Assembly: GCA_002269645.1 (NCBI GenBank)
Contig: NIVC01001112.1
Coordinates: forward strand, 62,001-126,000
Direction: 5' to 3'
Length of the DNA: 64,000 bases
Origin: Macrostomum lignano
Lineage: Eukaryota
In this document: positions 58,379 to 64,000 of the stretch, in pieces
Numbering within the stretch: the stretch's first letter is position 1
Layout of the letters: each line of letters starts with the position of its first letter
The notes under the pieces: model-generated
Told to the model about the DNA's origin: nothing
Seen by the model: the letters and a program-made list of their open reading frames with translations, nothing else
The model's database searches: none
Translations under genes and position numbers: made by a program

Positions 58379-60088
58379 ATGACGTCATCAAAAGACACAG
58401 ACCGCAGCCAGCGCAAGCAGATTTTGGAAGAGAGCGCGTCCGACACCACCATTCACGGCATTCCGCGCACAGTTGGCGACAGACATCCGGCAGTGAAGGC
58501 GCTCTGGCTCCTGGCATTCATAGCCTTTGTTGGCTTCTTGACCCGGCAGTTTGTCATGGCCGTGATAAAACTGCGCAGCCTGCCAGTGTCCACTTCTATT
58601 GAGCCGAATTCTGCCACCTTCGAGTTCCCCGACGTTCACTTTTGCTCGCAACCGATGATCTCTGCCAGCTATCCCTCGACAATGGGAGCAGAAGCCAGAA
58701 ACTTCACGGATGCGCAGACGGCCAAGATTGTTCAGCTGTTGGACAGATTCAACGCGTCCCACCCATATTTCGTAGCCGTAGCCCTGGTGAACACGCTTCC
58801 CACAAGCTTTCTGAGCGAGAATTTCGGAATGCGAAAGGAGCAGTCGATAGTGAAGGCGACTGTCATGCCGATGAACGTTGAGCTTGAATTCGATAAAGAC
58901 ATTGAGAGCTTTGGGCATTATAAATACCTCAATTGTTTTAGAGTCAGACCGAAGCAGAATGATATACAAAGCATGCTGGGTAATGTGCTAGCTTATTTGG
59001 ATATCTTTCTGTACGCTGACGCAACCTACAACCAGTCCGTAAAATTTTACGCCGGCCACATCGAATCCCGTGGACTGTCATTCACTGGCTACGAAAACCT
59101 GTTGGGATCTGGATTCCGGGTGTACTTTACTCCGAAGTACGGTTATCCGGATGAGTTCTCGCCTTCGGTGACGATAGCGCCAGGGTACACGCACTTCATC
59201 AAGCTGAGCATGCAGGTGACAAACTGGGCGGAGAAGAAGGGACAATGTCTCAGCGATCAGCCAAATGTTCAATACGTTGATCTGGCGAAAGCAGAGCCAG
59301 GAAGCTATCGGTACAATCTGTATGGTGAGACAAAGAATGCTCAATAGTAGAATTTGAAATTGAAAGTCTAAAGACGCAAGTATTCTATTTAATTTTCAGC
59401 CTGTTACGCTAAGGAACTAGCCAACATCTATGCGACCAACCTGGAAGCTAATCTGCCAGGAATGCTGCCAATCCCATATTCGCAAAAGGATCTGCCAAAT
59501 ATTTACAACTTCAGCCAAATCGGACCTAATGCAAGCGACTCGGAGATTTTAAACAGATTAGTATTCATGAAAAAGATAACCAATGGCCAGCTAACCTAGG
59601 AAACAAGCCAGTTCATGCAGGAAGTTCAGACTATCTGCCAAAACAAGTACTCCTGCAAAGAGGCAGTCTACAAAGCGAAATTGTCTTCGATTAAGTCTCC
59701 TTTGAAGAAATCACTTCAATCCGAGTTCAGCCAGCTGCTATCGGCATCCTCTGTCAGGCTGTCGGGTGGCAACCAGTCCACCCCCGGCCGGGACTGGGTG
59801 ATTCAACTGTTCAATGAGAGCGCTTCCGGTTCGGCTGCTGCCGAAGACGCAATGATTCGCGCAGTGTCGGAGAATTTTTTGCGAGTTCAGATTCAAGCCG
59901 GAGAGTTGTCCTCTACCGAGGTTGAGCAGTCTATTAGTTATAAATTATTCGATTTGACAGTGGAAGTTGGCGGCCTAATTAGTTTGTTTATTGGTGCCAG
60001 CTTGCTATCTCAGCTGGAAATCATTGAGCTATGCGTCTATATGGTCCTAGGACGCAGGCCTGCTACCGTACAAGCCGATGGTTCATAA
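58379..60088 (+). pseudogene. DEG/ENaC/ASIC-family channel gene (544 codons) with an in-frame TAG at 59597-59599; null allele, pseudogene or base error
   Basis: Exons 58379-59324 and 59400-60088 (phase 1, 1,635 nt). TTIHG gating motif, TM1, FPDVHFC, GYTHFIKL, TM2 VGGLISLFIGAS. Confidence 0.85.
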
Positions 60089-61029
60089 AACAGATGTCTT
60101 AGCCAATACAGACCACGTTTTGATGCTGTGTATCTTAAGATACGCTAAAAACTTGAATATACTATTTGATTGTCGTACTTTAAATATGGAACAGTAGAAA
60201 ATAGATTCTATATTCTCTCCCAACTAATAACTGGTGGCAAGCTCTCTTCTTCGCTCACTTCGCAAATCAGAAAAAAACGCCATCTTTCTACTGACAGTAG
60301 CAAATAATTACTAAGTTTTGTTTTCTTTTTAGCCTTTGGTCTTTTTTCATCAAGTGTATGAGCCTAGTTTGGAGGCTTTATTATAAATAACACATATTTG
60401 TTGTTCACTTACTCTAAGTACGTTTTGTTCAGTGAAATGTCAGCAGATTATTAAGTTAAATATGCTAGGCATATCATTTTTACAACTGCAATTTTTTAAA
60501 ATACGCAAGGATAGAAAATTCCAGTATGCACTTTTGCAATTTAGAAGATAGTTACAGTCAACAATCCGAGACGTCGAGCACTATCCAATATCGTTTTATG
60601 ATGTGATCACTCATTTCAAGACTTAGTTGTTCCTTTATTTAATTCCAGAATTGATAGTCCTTGTCGTAAAGTTCTGTTGGACTCGCCATAATTTGACGTT
60701 TTGCGACTTTTTTGATTATATAATTGTTGTGTGTACAAATTAATGCAGAGATGCGACTGCATCAAGCATGTGCCTATTAGTATAACATGCATGTACTTGT
60801 ACTTTCCTTACATAAGGGAGCCAAACAGTAATGGATTAGGAACCTTGCTGATATGCTCACGCTCAAGTATGCTGGTGGCAATCAATCAATTGAACAGTCC
60901 CCAGCTTGGGAGCAGCAGGGTGGGATTGGGCATCAATATTCTGCAATATGCTATAAAAACTTTTTGTGGTTAATGGCCATACAGAGTTTTTAATTAATAG
61001 TTGAAGTTTCGATAAAGTCCATCGGTCGG

Positions 61030-64000
61030 TCACCAGGCTTTGCCACCGCGGTGCGCTGACGATACTGTCAGGGGCGGTCGAGGCACCGTTATAGTTCTCT
61101 TCGGTCCGGTCGTGGCTGGAGTGACAGGAGCCACTCGCGCTGGACGACCCGGTGCGAAATTCGATCCGGTCGTGGCTGGAGTGACAGGAGCCACTCGCGC
61201 TGGACGACCCGGTGCGAAATTTGATGTTTGCTTCGGGTCCTTCTGCTTTGCTTGTCCATTGCTGGCAGTGATGTCCGTCTTGATAGCGACGGCTGCCACC
61301 ACAGTGTGCTCCGAGCTGACGCTCATGACAGCGCTGCCGGCGTCGCTGCTATTGAAGCTGCCGGGCGCCTGATGGCTGCGCCACTGGCGTCGAGTCCGAA
61401 GGCCCCTGGCCGCTGTGCGGAGCTCACCAATCAACACGAAGAGCAGCTCAAACAGTTCGCAAACAGTCAGTAGCGACATTCCCAGATAAAGACCCAGGAT
61501 GCCACCAATGCTGGAGAACAGGTCAAAGATCAGGTAAGACGGCACCTCTTCCATCAGTGTGCTGAAGTCTGTGTACTCGCCGAGGCTTACTTGCGCGAAA
61601 TTTGTTGAAAAATCTCTCTGCACCTCCGGTGGCGTTGTTATGTTGCGTAAAAAGTAATAAAACGTATCCGGTGGAGTAACGTTGTGAGCCAATAGATTAC
61701 CAATAGTCTGGTTCATTATGCTGTTCTTGCAACTGACGGCCAAGCTGTTTAGCGGCCAGGAGGTCATGGATATGACCGGGGTGTAGATTCGCTCAGCGCA
61801 GTTGGGTAAGCATTTGGTCATGGTGTTAAAGTGGCTGCTCTTCTTCAGGATGGCGTCGCGTTCGCAGTTGCGTCGCTTCAAGAAATCAGCCGTACTAGTT
61901 TCAGCAACAAAGTACTGACAGCGCGTTTTAGTAAACGTCTCAGTGAGATTGACGTACGGCGGCGCTATTCTGGTCGAGAAACAGTCGCAGTCGGCCATTA
62001 TTTTCTCCAAAAGTGTCCGGTACTGACAGTCAATCCGGTTTTTTCGAAACTTTATTCGATTCCTGTCCGAGTCTTCGTAGTAGGCGATTCCGCTGTCTTC
62101 TATACAGACCTTCGAGTTGCGACTGACGTACCTGTATTTGTTGGCGTGATGACGATAAGGACTGTTTTTGGCCATAAAAGTTTGAGTTTTATAAAGAATA
62201 AAGTGTTAAAGTATAAATCGCAAAGTTTTACATGTAGTTGATCTAATTTATTTTATTCTATGCTAGCTTAGATGGTAAAAGGTAAAATACTGTAAATTAC
62301 TCATTTATTGAAACGATCCTCTGCAACTTTGGCTTTTGGCTTTAAAATGAGTCATGACAACGGATTATCGTTTGATTTCGATCACAAAATTCTATCAAGT
62401 TTTAGTTCAAAGGAGTTTTATCTTACAGTTCAAGTTTAACAAATGCTTGGAATCGTAGATGCCTTTTGAATTCAAATACATTTGTTAGTCTATCGGAAAC
62501 TGAATAGAAGTTGAATTTTTCTAAAGAAAACTCATGGATTAATGAATCCCTTCAATTTTCAACAACTCACAAAATCACTATAGCCCGTTTCCATGGTAAC
62601 ATTTGAATCCTGTGTTGATGACTGCAAGCTTATAAAGGATGCCCACTGGCTGACTCCAGATTGAAAAATTAGCCGCCTATTGTCGTCAGTGAAGCAAATA
62701 AAATGAAAACTGTCAATCTATATTTAGTGAAATTTGATTCGTTTGCTACAGTAACTTTTAGCTTTTGGAGACGAGTTTTGTTTCATAACTCATTTTAAAC
62801 AAAAGAAAACGACTGCATTTGTGACGGAACATTTTTTCTTAAATAACTACCGATTTGCGCAATATACGAGTGCAGATGACCTCAAGCCAGCCGGCCAACT
62901 CACGCTGATATCTGTGCTATCTAAGTACTCGTAGAATAAAATGATCTCCTTTGAGCTAAAGAAAGAAGGGCACGTTTTTCTAAAGGACTTATACATGTAC
63001 AATGTGACTTTGTAAATGATATTGCGGGAACCCTCGCGCTACGGCTTTGGCCGTGACATCGCTCAACTAAACCAGCGCTGAGACAATACTGCCCATTCCA
63101 CTGACTCTTGAGCACTTGCAAGCGCGCGGTACCTGTATGCAGGTACGCAATCAAGCATGTACACTCCGTGACCTGGGTGTTGGCCCTGATGAGTGTGACT
63201 CGAACGACAACCGCTCGTGCACAATACCCAAATTAGTATAACCGTGTACCTACGTACAACCAAACTTAGAGTCATGGTGCCAGAGTCAGACACGTTAGCT
63301 GCTCTGCTTTTGAGGTGAATCCTCTAGCCTAAGTTTTAACATGCCTGAAAAATAAACAGACGTAGTAACTCACCTGTGCTTAACCATTTGAAAGTCCACA
63401 TAGGAATGGACACCAGGCGACAGATTGATATAGTCCCTAGGATAGTGGTCCTTATCCCCGTAGAATAGAATCGCTCCGCCAGATTTCGACACGTCGTATT
63501 CGCCTTCAAATGTGACGCCAGCAGTCAGCATGCGGTAGACCTCCATGCTGTACGGATGCGTCACGACTGGGTTGGTGTCCGTGAACAGAACCTTGTGAAA
63601 AAAAGCAGACAAGTTGAAGGGGAATATGATTTTAAACGACGGAATGCAGCCCGAAGTATATACCTCCGAGCTTCAGTGTCTGAAATATTAAAATGTTAGA
63701 ATTGTTCCCAAGAATTGACTTTGACGGGAACCTCACCAGCTCAAGTTGAAACTCAGCCACATCTCTGGTCGCATTCAACAGCGCCTCAGACGGTTGAAAT
63801 CGGAAACAATTGCCAAACTGGCTGTCCCAGAAATTCTGAAAGTTCGCGTAGCTGCACTCTTGGCCCTTGTAGCGGCACCGGACAATGAAGTATTCGCGTC
63901 GATGGCCGAGGTACCGCAGCAGCAGGGAAGAATCGAACATGTCCCGAGACACCTGCATGAGGATGTCGGTGTTGTAGCCAAATCCGTGACTTTCAACTAC
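61030..64000 (-). CDS. Second DEG/ENaC-family channel gene (5' end beyond the window)
   Basis: Exons >64000-63737, 63591-63374 and 62131-61030 (phases 0, 2). CRYKGQEC..FGNCFRF, Cys-rich thumb (C..CDC..C..C..CLPNC), TM2 FSSIGGILGLYLGMSLLTVCE. Confidence 0.92.

Noticed and set aside
63170-63225. Hammerhead-ribozyme-like CTGATGA...GAA motif
   Set aside because: GAAC instead of GAAA, no proper stem II, and no NUH triplet with matching stems I and III.

Overview
Eukaryotic (metazoan) genomic DNA. GC-rich exons full of homopeptide runs alternate with AT-rich introns that each hold a different micro- or minisatellite. This style resembles a macrostomid flatworm such as Macrostomum; that assignment is an inference and is not verified. 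Spliced models were built by hand from GT-AG sites and phase continuity. (1) A >1,060-aa low-complexity, proline-rich gene on the minus strand (23147 to <1) has a possible N-terminal WAVE-homology (NHS/GUK-holder-like) helix. Its 16.6-kb intron holds an intact, very young BEL/Pao LTR retrotransposon and a nested plus-strand LIM gene. (2) A complete 10-exon par-3/bazooka gene (24458-44184, ~1,304 aa) lies head-to-head with it. (3) A Tc1 deletion derivative and a disabled Gypsy element carrying a nested solo LTR follow. (4) A GT32 glycosyltransferase has GxD in place of DxD. (5) There is a secreted PAN/Apple + C-type lectin and an RTE-like LINE relic. (6) Two convergent DEG/ENaC channel genes close the window; one has an in-frame TAG and a valine at the degenerin site. 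Most long ORFs in the ORF track are translated satellites and are not genes. No CRISPR, rRNA or bona fide tRNA gene was seen.
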